From a bacterium (GTDB lineage Bacteria; Patescibacteriota; UBA1384; CAJBMM01), in NCBI GenBank assembly GCA_027364665.1, contig DAHXOW010000044.1:1-38148 (forward strand): 38,148 bases of DNA, read 5' to 3'. The translations under genes were made by a program, and so were the position numbers. The notes under the pieces are model-generated. The model ran no database searches. It was not told where the DNA came from and saw nothing but the letters and a program-made list of their open reading frames with translations. Positions 16,015-25,677 of this stretch are shown here, one piece after another (the first letter of the stretch is position 1; the number at the start of each line of letters is the position of its first letter).

Positions 16015-18300
16015 TTATCTTATAACCGCTTTTAATTTGTTCTTTAGATTTTCTTCAATGTTTTGGATAATTACGTTGATTTCTTCATTTTGTAAAGTGC
16101 GTTTTTCGTCGGAGAATTCTAAATGAAAAGCCAAAGATCTGAAATTGTTTTGTCCGTTATAATTATCAATCTCATCAAAAAGACTGATTTTGCTAATCAA
16201 CGATGATTGTTTTTCAATCATCTTAACAACGGTTCCGTAATCAATATTTTTGTCTAAGACAATGGCCAAATCGCGTTTAATTTTTGGCAAACGACTATAT
16301 GCTTTAAAACGACCGTTTTGTTTCTGTTGATCGTTTAATAATTGCATGTCTAGTTCCCAAGAGAAAATCCATATCGGTGCCTGCCAAGTGGCTTTAAATT
16401 CTCCGACTGCAGTTTTTTTGTAATTAATGACGGTCTTAGTTTGATCATTTGTCTGAAAAGTAATTAACCGGTAATCCAATCCTAAACGATGAAAGATTAT
16501 TCCTAAAAGATTTTTGGCTTGAGCTTGTTTTGCGACCAATGCCGCGGCGAACTTTAATGGCTGATCTTTAACATAAATATGGCCGACCTCAAAACAACCG
16601 AAATCATTAAACCCTTCACGATACTTTTTTATGGTCAATTGGATTAAGCCATCTGTTAAATTTTGACGCATGAATTTTTTATCACCGATTGGATTTGCTA
16701 AGCGGATCGCATCTTTGTTTCCCAAGCTGACCATGCTGCTTGTCTGAACTTCGTACAGAAATTCAGCGGCAGTCTTTCTAACAATCTGAAAATCCTGTTT
16801 GAGTGACCATTCTTTTGTTTGGTCATATAACAGGCTTGGTAGTGTCCTGGGGATTTCTTCGTATCCGTAAATTCGGGCAACTTCCTCAGCGATGTCTTGC
16901 CAATCCCTGACATCTTGTCTCCACCACGGACAAATGATGTTTAAGTTGCCGTCTGCTATTTCAATGTCAAAGTTTAGATTTTTCAGAATAGTAACGATTT
17001 TTTGGTCATCAATATTTTTACCGAGTAATGAACGGATTTCCGCCGTTTTTGTTTTTATGTTGACTCTGTCCTGCTTGTCATCGCCGGTAATTCTCAAATC
17101 AATCAATTGCCCGTCGGATAAATCAAGAATGAGCCGCAGTGCTTTATTAAAACCGTTGATTGCCGCGGCAGTTGAAAGTCCGCGCTCAAATCTGGCACTT
17201 GCTTCAGTCCTAATACCAAAAGATTGCGACGTTCGCCGAATATGAATTGGGTCAAACAAGGCACAGGTTAAAAGTATTTGTTTTGTTTGATCCGATATGG
17301 CTGTTTTTTCTCCACCGATTATTCCTGCTAAATCGAGTGGCTTTTCAGAATCAGCAATAACCAGATCGGTTTTCTTTAATTTGTATTCCCGATGGTTTAA
17401 AGTTTGAACCGTTTCATTCTCCGCGGCATAACGGACACTGACTTTATTTCCGGTAATCGTTGAAGCATCAAAAGCGTGAGTCGGATAACCTTCTGTCAGC
17501 ATTACATAATTCGTGATGTCTGTTGCCAAATTGATTGTTTTAATTTGGTTGTCAGTCAAAAATTCTGTTAGCCACTTGGGACTAAATTTGTTTGAGGGTA
17601 AATTAATCAACGCGGTCAAAAAAAGCCGACAACCATCAGTCGCTTCAATCGATGCTTGAATATTGGGTGACCTAAGTTCTTTTGGGGATTCTAACTCTTC
17701 GGTGTTTATCTTTTGTCCTAGAATAGCAGCTAATTCTTGTTCTATGCCACGATAGGACAATAAATCAGACCTGTGGGCTGTTCCTTTATCGTCTGTTTCG
17801 ATGATTTGTTTTACAGGAAAAATTTTCTCTAGAGGTAGGCCAAGCGGTGTGTCAGGAGGTAAAATCATTACTCCGTGACTTGCCGATTCGCTTAAACCTA
17901 ATTCGTCCTCTCCGCAAAGCATACCTTCCGAAGTGATTCCCCGGATCGTTTGCCGGCTGATGGTAGTCATTTTTCGTGAATCTATTTGGGTATTAATATC
18001 TTGTCGGTTTACTGTAATGACACTGGATCCAACCGTTGCCACAGCCACTTTGTCATTTTCATGAACAGTAGCGCTTGTTAGGATTGTTAGAATTTTTTCT
18101 TTGATTGATACTTCTAATTGATTAAGTCGATCGGCGTTTGGATGTTTTTTGACTGAAATGACCTGACCGGTTATTACCCCGCTTGCTTTTATGCCAACTG
18201 GCAATATTCTTTCGACTTCCTGTGTGTGGCTAGACAGCAAATCAGCTGTTTTTTCGGGGCTATCAGCTTTAATTTTTAAATGCTGGTAAACAAATTTCAT
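16015..18300 (-). CDS. pheT: Phenylalanine--tRNA ligase beta subunit
   Basis: HPNADRL, IRGITSEGMLC, HRSDLLS, RTEASARFERG, PWWRQDV...DIAEEVARIYGY, C-terminal KRDLA / SLAF. Confidence 0.95.
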   Translation of the reverse strand: MKFVYQHLKIKADSPEKTADLLSSHTQEVERILPVGIKASGVITGQVISVKKHPNADRLNQLEVSIKEKILTILTSATVHENDKVAVATVGSSVITVNRQDINTQIDSRKMTTISRQTIRGITSEGMLCGEDELGLSESASHGVMILPPDTPLGLPLEKIFPVKQIIETDDKGTAHRSDLLSYRGIEQELAAILGQKINTEELESPKELRSPNIQASIEATDGCRLFLTALINLPSNKFSPKWLTEFLTDNQIKTINLATDITNYVMLTEGYPTHAFDASTITGNKVSVRYAAENETVQTLNHREYKLKKTDLVIADSEKPLDLAGIIGGEKTAISDQTKQILLTCALFDPIHIRRTSQSFGIRTEASARFERGLSTAAAINGFNKALRLILDLSDGQLIDLRITGDDKQDRVNIKTKTAEIRSLLGKNIDDQKIVTILKNLNFDIEIADGNLNIICPWWRQDVRDWQDIAEEVARIYGYEEIPRTLPSLLYDQTKEWSLKQDFQIVRKTAAEFLYEVQTSSMVSLGNKDAIRLANPIGDKKFMRQNLTDGLIQLTIKKYREGFNDFGCFEVGHIYVKDQPLKFAAALVAKQAQAKNLLGIIFHRLGLDYRLITFQTNDQTKTVINYKKTAVGEFKATWQAPIWIFSWELDMQLLNDQQKQNGRFKAYSRLPKIKRDLAIVLDKNIDYGTVVKMIEKQSSLISKISLFDEIDNYNGQNNFRSLAFHLEFSDEKRTLQNEEINVIIQNIEENLKNKLKAVIR

Positions 18301-19286
18301 ACCAATTGCTCCAAGAATCTCGGATCGTTTCTGGTAAATTCCCTGATATCTTCAACCCCGTAATAAAGCATTGCGAATCTCTCGACACCTAATCCGAAGG
18401 CCAGCCCATGGTATTCTTTTGGGTCCAAACCGGCGCTTGCGATGATTTCCTGATCGGTAATGCCACAACCTAGCAGCTCAAGCCAGCCTTTGTAACCGCA
18501 TGACCTGCAACCCCGGCCGGTGCAACTGAAACACTTCATATCGATTTCTGCTCCTGGCTCTACAAAAGGAAAAAATGAGGGACGAAAACGTAATTCAACA
18601 GGACGCAAAAAGAAATCCTGAATCAATTGGAATAAGACACCTCTTAAATCAGCAAAGGTCAGGTTCTTTGCTACCGCAAATCCGTCAAATTGATGAAATT
18701 CGCTTAAATGGGTTGCGTCTTCGGCTTCGCAACGATAGATTTTTCCTCCCTGCACAAATGCGAACGGAGGATGATTATTTTTGATTAGATTTTGTTGAAA
18801 AGCAGTGGTGTGAGTTCTTAAAACACGTCCGTCGACGGTCCAGAAAGTATCCTGCATATCTCTGGCCGGATGGTCTTTGGCAATTTGCAGGAATTCAAAA
18901 TTATTATCTTCATTTTCTATCTCAGGAGATTGTGCGGCAACAAAACCCAGTCTTTCACTAATTTGATATAGTCTGGCAATGCTTGTTTCGATAGGGTGTT
19001 GATGGCCGTGAGCGGTTAAATCGGCTGGTAAGGTCAAGTCGATCGACGGTTGGTTAGAAGATGTCTTAATCTGTAAGAGATAATTTAGTCGGTTCTTGAT
19101 GATTTTTGCTTTTTCCCCGACAACTTTTCTTTCGTCTGTTTTCAGGGTGGTAATTTGTTTGATCATCGTTGAAAACTTTCCGTTTCGGCCGAGGTATTTA
19201 TGATACAAAACCGCTGCATCTGCGCCGTTATTTATTTCGTTTTCTGCTTCAACTAGTAAATTGTCAAACTGATCTTGATTAATCAT
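18297..19286 (-). CDS. pheS: Phenylalanine--tRNA ligase alpha subunit
   Basis: HPARDMQDTF, LRTHT, FRPSFFPFVEP, AFGLGVERFAML. Confidence 0.97.
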   Translation of the reverse strand: MINQDQFDNLLVEAENEINNGADAAVLYHKYLGRNGKFSTMIKQITTLKTDERKVVGEKAKIIKNRLNYLLQIKTSSNQPSIDLTLPADLTAHGHQHPIETSIARLYQISERLGFVAAQSPEIENEDNNFEFLQIAKDHPARDMQDTFWTVDGRVLRTHTTAFQQNLIKNNHPPFAFVQGGKIYRCEAEDATHLSEFHQFDGFAVAKNLTFADLRGVLFQLIQDFFLRPVELRFRPSFFPFVEPGAEIDMKCFSCTGRGCRSCGYKGWLELLGCGITDQEIIASAGLDPKEYHGLAFGLGVERFAMLYYGVEDIREFTRNDPRFLEQLV

Positions 19287-19659
19287 TGTTGCTCACTGGT
19301 ATTCTTACTCTAAAAAACATTTCAAATAAAACCGCTGCCGATATAGTAAATATGATATCCAAGGCACTTAATATTCGCATTGATTGCAAACCAAGCAACA
19401 AGACTGTTACCGCACCCAAGATTACGCCTTGTCTTACGGATATTAAAGGCGAGGCCTGCCGGAATGACAGTATCGAATATCTGGTCAAAATTAAAGCTAT
19501 AAAAGCGTATAGACTAGATACGGCGCTAAACACGGCTACAAAAAATAGCTCCTTAACATGAGTATTGATCGTTAAAGGATTAGTGGTTGTAGTTATGAGA
19601 TAGATAATAAAAACTGAAATTGCCAAGATCGACAACAGTAAGAAACGTAAAGTATTCAT
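19279..19659 (-). CDS. Small 4-TM membrane protein of unknown function
   Basis: 126 aa with four hydrophobic segments and the motif RQG...LLLGLQSMR...LFEMFF; 13 nt from rbfA and overlapping pheS by 8 nt. Confidence 0.8.
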   Translation of the reverse strand: MNTLRFLLLSILAISVFIIYLITTTTNPLTINTHVKELFFVAVFSAVSSLYAFIALILTRYSILSFRQASPLISVRQGVILGAVTVLLLGLQSMRILSALDIIFTISAAVLFEMFFRVRIPVSNND

Positions 19660-19672
19660 AACAGGTTCTACT

Positions 19673-19987
19673 CTACCATGTTTTTATTGTTTGTGATATC
19701 TTTTCCGCATATTCCATTCCCGTATCCTCGATTAATTCGAAGTTGGGAATGATTTTTAGATTAAGGTGTTTCTTAAGGTTTTTTCGTAATTCGGGTAGAG
19801 ATTGCTTCAGGCTGCTTAAATTCCCCGGTTGTTTATTGAGAAAACTTAACCAGACCCTTGCCTTAGTCAGATCGTTTTGAATTTCGAGCTTTGTCACACT
19901 GACAAAAATATCCGGAAACTCGCGTTGCCAGTACAAACTGAGTTCTCTAGTAAATTGTGAATTTAATTTGTCTAAACGATTCGACAT
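19673..19987 (-). CDS. rbfA: Ribosome-binding factor A
   Basis: MSNRLDKLNS, VSVTKLEIQNDLTKARVWLS, LKIIPNFELIEDTGMEYAEKI. Confidence 0.88.
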   Translation of the reverse strand: MSNRLDKLNSQFTRELSLYWQREFPDIFVSVTKLEIQNDLTKARVWLSFLNKQPGNLSSLKQSLPELRKNLKKHLNLKIIPNFELIEDTGMEYAEKISQTIKTW

Positions 19988-20394
19988 TAACGTTTGGAGA
20001 ATTGGTGACCGCGTCTGGCGCCATGCAGTCCGTATTTCTTGCGTTCTTTTTCTCTGGAATCTCTGGTCAGTAAACCGCTTTTTTTGAGAGTTGCTTTTAA
20101 TTCATCGTTCATTTTCAATAAAGCTCTGGACAGTCCGTGACGGATAGCTGACTTCTGACCCTCTTTGCCTCCTCCGTGAACATGAGCACTTAGGTCGACC
20201 TTTCCCAGCAAATCAACGCTTTCCAGTACTCTGTTATATTCCTGATCGGCATCAACTTCTTGCTCGTTTAGAATAAACTTACCGCTACCGCTAGACAATC
20301 TTACTGCCGCAATCGCTCTTTTTCTTCGGCCCACACCTGTATAATACTGCACTTTTTCTTTGACAACACTATCGTTTTTTGGATTACTTGGCAT
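19987..20394 (-). CDS. rpsI: 30S ribosomal protein uS9
   Basis: GVGRRKRAIAAVRL, GGGKEGQ, ERKKYGL, QFSKR. Confidence 0.97.
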   Translation of the reverse strand: MPSNPKNDSVVKEKVQYYTGVGRRKRAIAAVRLSSGSGKFILNEQEVDADQEYNRVLESVDLLGKVDLSAHVHGGGKEGQKSAIRHGLSRALLKMNDELKATLKKSGLLTRDSREKERKKYGLHGARRGHQFSKR

Positions 20395-20785
20395 GATTTC
20401 CCTCGATGTTCGCTTTGTGTGGATGTTCCGCTCCCGGATAGACCCTTAGTCTGCTAAGCCAAACCGATCTCTGTTTGGTTTTTGGCAGCATACCCGAGAT
20501 TGCTTTTACAATTATTTGTTCAGGCTTGGTTTGCCGTAAATCTTTAACAGAAGTTGACTTTAAACCTCCGGGATAATTTGAATGTCTCCAATAAACTTTA
20601 TCTTCTTCCTTTTGGCCGGTTAAAACTACTTCTGAGGCGTTGATAATGACAACCAGATCGCCTACATCTGCGTAACGCCTGAAAGCGGTTTTATGTTTAC
20701 CTCTTAAAAGAATAGAAGCCTGGGTGGCGATTTGGCCAAGCACCGCTCCTTTTGCGTCAATCAAATGCCAATTTCGTTCATTCAT
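20384..20785 (-). CDS. rplM: 50S ribosomal protein uL13
   Basis: WHLIDAKG, LRGKHK, HSNYPGGLK, GMLPK. Confidence 0.97.
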   Translation of the reverse strand: MNERNWHLIDAKGAVLGQIATQASILLRGKHKTAFRRYADVGDLVVIINASEVVLTGQKEEDKVYWRHSNYPGGLKSTSVKDLRQTKPEQIIVKAISGMLPKTKQRSVWLSRLRVYPGAEHPHKANIEGNHAK

Positions 20786-21264
20786 TTCTTAACTCTTTTT
20801 GCTTTTTTTTCGACAGCGGTCGTTTTCTCGGCTTCCTGATCAGACTTCTTATCTTGTTTTTTTTCAGCTGTTTTTGTCTGGTCAGCGTCGTCAGTCGACT
20901 CTTCGACAACTTTTTCTTCGGCTGGTGCATCAATTAATTCGATTGTGGATATCTCAGCCCCATCGCCCAACCGAAATCCCAGACGAATTATTCTAGTATA
21001 ACCGCCTTCTCTTGATTTATAACGGTCAGCTAGCACTTCCAGAATTTTTTGCACCGCCTTTGGCTCGAAAACTTGCGCTAACAATCTGCGCCTACTCGAC
21101 AAAGAGGCTGATTTTCCGGTGTTGATCAGGCGGTTGACTAACGGCGCAACCATTTTAGCCTTGGCAGTGGTAGTCGTGACTCTTTCATAGATAATCACCG
21201 ATGCGGCTAAGTTGGATAATGTGTGTTCTCGATGTGCTTTTTTACGGCTAAGTTTGGAAATCAT
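20782..21264 (-). CDS. rplQ: 50S ribosomal protein bL17 with a charged C-terminal tail
   Basis: KLSRKKAHRE, TTTAKAK, GGYTRIIRLGFRLGDGA. Confidence 0.96.
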   Translation of the reverse strand: MISKLSRKKAHREHTLSNLAASVIIYERVTTTTAKAKMVAPLVNRLINTGKSASLSSRRRLLAQVFEPKAVQKILEVLADRYKSREGGYTRIIRLGFRLGDGAEISTIELIDAPAEEKVVEESTDDADQTKTAEKKQDKKSDQEAEKTTAVEKKAKRVKK

Positions 21265-21270
21265 TGCTAA

Positions 21271-22200
21271 CTACCCTCGTATTTTGTTTATTTCTGAAAG
21301 AGCTTTAGGTCCAAGCCCTGGAATTTCCTTTAATTCTTCATCAGGAACGTTTTTTAATTCCTCAATATTATGAATTCCGTTGTCAATTAAAATGCCGCTG
21401 ATTTTTGAGGATAATCCAGCAATTTCAAACTCGCTTACGTTTTGCTTTTCCTGATCGTTTGTTTCGGCTGGTTTTTCATTATCGTTCGCTTCGCTAACCT
21501 GGCTCATATTCTTACCTTCAGAGTAATTAGCTAACAACTGGAACTGGTCGACAAGAATTGCTGCGGCTTCCTGAAATGCTTTTTTAGTCGAAATACTCCC
21601 GTCGGTTGTCACGGACAAATCGAGCTTGTCGTAGTTAGTCATTTTGCCGACACGGGTGTTTTCAACCTCAACACTCACCGCAATAACTGGAGAAAACAAA
21701 CTGTCTACAGCAATTGTTCCTAACGGTTGGTCAGTAGATTGTCGTCTTTCAACCGGATCATATCCACGTCCATAATCAACCACAACTTCCATTGATAAAC
21801 TGCCGGCTTTGTCAATCGATGCGATGTGCAAATCAGGGTTAGCAATTGTTACCTGGCTATTTGCTTTGAAATCGGCCGCAGTGACTTCCTTTGGTCCTTT
21901 AACATCCATTTTTAAAGTCAGGGGTTGATTCGTCTCATGCATGACTAAGCGCAGGGATTTGAGATTTAAAATAACTTCCACCAAGTCCTCTTTAACTCCG
22001 TTGACTACTGAAAACTCATGCGATGCTCCCTCGATCCGTACGGCAGTAACAGCTGCTCCTGGTAGTGATGATAATAGAACGCGCCTCAAAGCATTTCCAA
22101 CAGTGTGGCCATAACCGGGAAAGAGAGGTGAGACGGTGAAGATAGACGTGCGATCGTCAATCACCTTTTCCTTAACGTTCGGTAAAATTATCTGTTCCAT
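21271..22200 (-). CDS. rpoA: RNA polymerase alpha subunit
   Basis: PGYGHTVGNALRRVLLSSLPGAAV, HEFS, VENTRVG, YDKL; CTD ends IPGLGPKALSEI. Confidence 0.98.
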   Translation of the reverse strand: MEQIILPNVKEKVIDDRTSIFTVSPLFPGYGHTVGNALRRVLLSSLPGAAVTAVRIEGASHEFSVVNGVKEDLVEVILNLKSLRLVMHETNQPLTLKMDVKGPKEVTAADFKANSQVTIANPDLHIASIDKAGSLSMEVVVDYGRGYDPVERRQSTDQPLGTIAVDSLFSPVIAVSVEVENTRVGKMTNYDKLDLSVTTDGSISTKKAFQEAAAILVDQFQLLANYSEGKNMSQVSEANDNEKPAETNDQEKQNVSEFEIAGLSSKISGILIDNGIHNIEELKNVPDEELKEIPGLGPKALSEINKIRG

Positions 22201-22221
22201 TGTCTGATTCCTTTCAATAAA

Positions 22222-22815
22222 TTATCTCGAATAATATTCGACTATTAGTTGTTCTTTAATTTCCGGATCAATATCTTCTCTTTTGGGTAAATTCGTCACA
22301 GTCACCTGCTGATTTTTTTTGTCCGCAGATAGCCAACCAGGTAGCTGCTCGAAAGTTACTTCTTTGAATAAATCGGTCTTTTTTCTTGGGATTACGATAT
22401 CATTTGCTGATAAACCGAACGATGGGACATTGACTTTACGACCGTTGACTTGGAAAAAACCATGGCTGACTAACTGTCTTGCCTGGGGTCTTGAAATAGC
22501 GAAACCGGCTCTATAAACCAAATTATCCAGACGCGTTTCGAGTAGTTGGAGCATTCTTTCCGCAGTATTTTCTCTGGACACTGTTGCTTGGTGATAATAG
22601 CCACGGAACTGACTCTCTGTAATACCGTATTGATGTCTGACTTTCTGTTTCTCTTGAAGCTGTCTGGCGTATTCTGACATCTTACGGGGATTAGCTGCGA
22701 TTGCAGCGCCGACAGAAACAATTGAAGGGTTTTTAGCTCTTAAACTTTTTTCTCTCAAGAACAAACGCTTGGCAGATTTACGATAACGCGGTGCTGTTGG
22801 TAATTTTTGCGACAT
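22222..22815 (-). CDS. rpsD: 30S ribosomal protein uS4
   Basis: SEYARQLQEKQKVR, LETRLDNLVYRAGFA, ARQLVSHG, LIVEYYSR. Confidence 0.97.
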   Translation of the reverse strand: MSQKLPTAPRYRKSAKRLFLREKSLRAKNPSIVSVGAAIAANPRKMSEYARQLQEKQKVRHQYGITESQFRGYYHQATVSRENTAERMLQLLETRLDNLVYRAGFAISRPQARQLVSHGFFQVNGRKVNVPSFGLSANDIVIPRKKTDLFKEVTFEQLPGWLSADKKNQQVTVTNLPKREDIDPEIKEQLIVEYYSR

Positions 22816-22827
22816 TTATTGTTTCCT

Positions 22828-23211
22828 TTAATTCCGTCGTGGTTTTTTTGGTCTGACGCCGTTATGAGGTATCGGTGTTTTGTCATTAATAGCCAGAATC
22901 TCGATCCCAGAATTTCCTAAGGCTCGGATGGCGGATTCTCTGCCGGCTCCGACGCCTGAGACATGGACTATTGCTTCTTGCATCCCAACCGCTTTAGCAC
23001 GGTCCAGGACGCTAAGCATGGCTGTTTGAGCGGCGTATGGGGTGGATTTTTTGGCACCCTTAAAGCCGGATGATCCGCTTGTAGACCAACCGATAACATT
23101 ACCAGAGTTATCCGAAACACTGATTATTGTATTATTGAACGTCGATTGGATACTAATAATACCTTTGGGAATATTTTTTTTAACACGGCTTTTTTTTGTT
23201 TGTGTAGCCAT
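22828..23211 (-). CDS. rpsK: 30S ribosomal protein uS11
   Basis: [32 protein letters not shown]. Confidence 0.98.
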   Translation of the reverse strand: MATQTKKSRVKKNIPKGIISIQSTFNNTIISVSDNSGNVIGWSTSGSSGFKGAKKSTPYAAQTAMLSVLDRAKAVGMQEAIVHVSGVGAGRESAIRALGNSGIEILAINDKTPIPHNGVRPKKPRRN

Positions 23212-23219
23212 TTTTTTCC

Positions 23220-23606
23220 TTATGTCTTCTGTGCCGCTGGTTTACGGCCGGATCCGACTGTGATTCTTTTACCACGTTTTGCCCGCGAATTAGTTCTGGT
23301 TCTTTGCCCTCTTACAGGCAGGTTTTTTGCGTGCCTGCTACCGCGATAACTGCCAATTTCTTTTAATCTCTTAATATTTTGACTTACTTGCTGTTTCAGA
23401 TCACTTTCGACAACCAGACTTTTGTCAATTATCTGTCTGATCTTTTCAATTTCTTCTTCAGTCATTTCTTTGACCCTGGGATTACTGTCGATCTTCGCTT
23501 GTTTTAGAATATCGGCGGCTTTGGCTGAACCAATTCCGTGTATGTATGTCAGAGATACGGCTATTCTCTTTTCGTTTGGAATATTTATTCCGGCAATTCG
23601 TGCCAT
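23220..23606 (-). CDS. rpsM: 30S ribosomal protein uS13
   Basis: [27 protein letters not shown]. Confidence 0.98.
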   Translation of the reverse strand: MARIAGINIPNEKRIAVSLTYIHGIGSAKAADILKQAKIDSNPRVKEMTEEEIEKIRQIIDKSLVVESDLKQQVSQNIKRLKEIGSYRGSRHAKNLPVRGQRTRTNSRAKRGKRITVGSGRKPAAQKT

Positions 23607-23608
23607 TA

Positions 23609-23722
23609 TTAACCCTGCCTCTGTTTATGTTTTGGATTCTGGCAAAGCACTCTAACTACGCCCTCTCGACGTATGATTTTACAGTGATTACATATTGTTT
23701 TAACTGATGGTCTAACTTTCAT
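23609..23722 (-). CDS. rpmJ: 50S ribosomal protein bL36 (zinc-binding type); not in the ORF track
   Basis: Read directly: [37 protein letters not shown]. Confidence 0.97.
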   Translation of the reverse strand: MKVRPSVKTICNHCKIIRREGVVRVLCQNPKHKQRQG

Positions 23723-23966
23723 TTTGATTCTCTGGCTGTTTGTTGATCGGCAGGCGTCTGGTAATTCGTCCCTTTGTTAGGTCATAAACACTTAACTCAA
23801 CTATCACCCTATCACCAGGCAAAATTTTAATGAAATTCATTCTCATTTTGCCTGAGAGATGAGTCAAAATTGATTGGCCACTATCCAATTCGACCTTAAA
23901 AGTCGCACTAGGTAAAGCTTCCTGAACTTTGCCTTCCAGCTCAATTATCTCGTCTTTTGGAGTCAA
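23712..23966 (-). CDS. infA: Translation initiation factor IF-1
   Basis: [42 protein letters not shown] start. Confidence 0.97.
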   Translation of the reverse strand: MTPKDEIIELEGKVQEALPSATFKVELDSGQSILTHLSGKMRMNFIKILPGDRVIVELSVYDLTKGRITRRLPINKQPENQNES

Positions 23967-23994
23967 TCCTTATGCCTACTTTGTTACGAAGAAA

Positions 23995-24023
23995 ATATTA
24001 ACACATGCTTATTGATTTTGCAA
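23995..24023 (-). promoter_or_regulatory. Sigma70 promoter for the infA-rpmJ-alpha cluster
   Basis: Minus strand TTGCAA (24023-24018), 17 nt ending TGTGT, TAATAT (24000-23995). Confidence 0.7.
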
Positions 24024-24213
24024 GTCACATACTTATTACAAACAGGAAAAATGTTATCCGGGGCAAATTTCGCTCAGCTTGTTAGATTTTATGATTAATA
24101 TTTTTAAATTCGGATTCTAAATTCCTTAGTGTTTTGTCACAACCACTGTCATAAGATGAGTACCTTATTATGTTATTTTTTTTCAGATTGCAGACAGATG
24201 AAAACTAAGTTTT

Positions 24214-24987
24214 CTAGGTAAGGACACGGTGTCCTTTATCGGTCACCAGAACAGTATGTTCGAAATGGGCTGATAGCGACCCGTCCAAAGTTCTTACGGT
24301 CCAATTATCTGATTCTGTGCGGATTCTCCAGTCGCCGGTTGTGGCCATTGGTTCAATGGCAATTGTTTGACCGGTTTCCAAGACAGGACCGTCTCCCTGT
24401 TTTCCGAAATTTGGAATGTTCGGTTTTTCGTGGACAGCGTGTCCGACTCCGTGTCCAACCAAATCACGGATTACTCCTAGGCCGTTTTTTTCCAATTCGT
24501 TTTGTATTGCCTGACTGATTTGTCCTATATTGTTACCGGGTTTAACCTGACTGATACCGGCCTGAAGTGACTTGTATGTTGAAATCATCAGCTTCTCAAT
24601 TTTATTTAAGTTCGTTTTTGTTTTTAATTGATCAACGGTAATTATCCGGCCCTGATTGAGCCAGATCGTGGTTGCACTGTCCGTGTAGGCTCCATGATAA
24701 TTAACTCCGGCATCAATACTTATTAAATCGCCGTCACGAACTTGTCGTTTGGAAGGTATTCCATGAACAATTTGGTCATTAAAAGACAGGCATAGTGTTG
24801 CTGGAAAGCCTTGAAAATATTTAAACGCTGGTTTCCCGCCAGACTTTATTATCAGGTTTTCGGCTAATTTATCTAGTTCTAATCCACTGACTCCAATCCG
24901 AACATGATTGATAACTTCTTTTATAACCTGATTTAATATTTTTCCCGATTGTTCCATCAATTCGATGTGTGACGAACTATTTTCCAT
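24214..24987 (-). CDS. map: Methionine aminopeptidase type I
   Basis: VHGIP, DLISIDAG, TDSATT, GHGVGHAVHE, AIEPM, SAHFEHT. Confidence 0.97.
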   Translation of the reverse strand: MENSSSHIELMEQSGKILNQVIKEVINHVRIGVSGLELDKLAENLIIKSGGKPAFKYFQGFPATLCLSFNDQIVHGIPSKRQVRDGDLISIDAGVNYHGAYTDSATTIWLNQGRIITVDQLKTKTNLNKIEKLMISTYKSLQAGISQVKPGNNIGQISQAIQNELEKNGLGVIRDLVGHGVGHAVHEKPNIPNFGKQGDGPVLETGQTIAIEPMATTGDWRIRTESDNWTVRTLDGSLSAHFEHTVLVTDKGHRVLT

Positions 24988-25660
24988 TTGTATTGGTCCT
25001 TGGATTATTCTGATTGATCGCTATTTCAATTTGTTCGGCTATTTGTGAAATTGTCGGGCTGGCGTCGATCATTACCAACTCGGAACTTTGCTTCAAATAA
25101 TTAATTAACGGTTCTGTTTCCTGATGGTATAGATTTAGTCTGGTTTGAATAGCCTCTGCCGTATCATCTGTTCTTTTGATTAAGGGATAACCGTCGTATG
25201 GACAACGTCCAAAACGATATGTTATTTTTGCCAATAAACTGAGATTTTTTACTTCCTCACCGTAAACCGTTGTTTGGCAATGTGAACAAATTAGACGATT
25301 AGTTAGTCTCTTTATGCTCAGTGAGTCACTTAACTCAAGATAAAGAACAAGCCGGTGATAATCCTTTAAGTGCTGAATAATGAATCTGGCTTGCTCAATG
25401 TTGCGTGGGTATCCGTCGAACAGCAAATTTGCTTTGGGATGTTTTTGAATTATTTCGACAACTGATTTATCCAGAATTTGGTCAGATAACAATTGTCCGG
25501 CTTTGATTTCTTCCCTGATTTCCTTGTGTTTTTTAGCTAATTTTCTGGCTATATCGCCACCCGCGATGCTGATAAACCGATGACGTTCAAGTAAAATACT
25601 TGCCTGTGTCCCTTTGCCGCTGCCTTGTGGTCCGATCAAAAAAACCGCTAATTTCTCCAT
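24977..25660 (-). CDS. adk: Adenylate kinase
   Basis: GPQGSGKGTQA, DGYPRNIEQA, LID CSHC...CPYD, RTDD. Confidence 0.94.
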   Translation of the reverse strand: MEKLAVFLIGPQGSGKGTQASILLERHRFISIAGGDIARKLAKKHKEIREEIKAGQLLSDQILDKSVVEIIQKHPKANLLFDGYPRNIEQARFIIQHLKDYHRLVLYLELSDSLSIKRLTNRLICSHCQTTVYGEEVKNLSLLAKITYRFGRCPYDGYPLIKRTDDTAEAIQTRLNLYHQETEPLINYLKQSSELVMIDASPTISQIAEQIEIAINQNNPRTNTNGK

Positions 25661-25666
25661 GATCTT

Positions 25667-25675
25667 AATTTAGCA
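25667..25675 (-). promoter_or_regulatory. Extended -10, candidate leaderless start of adk-map
   Basis: TG-C-TAAATT exactly 6 nt upstream of ATG 25660; no SD. Confidence 0.55.
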
Positions 25676-25677
25676 CA

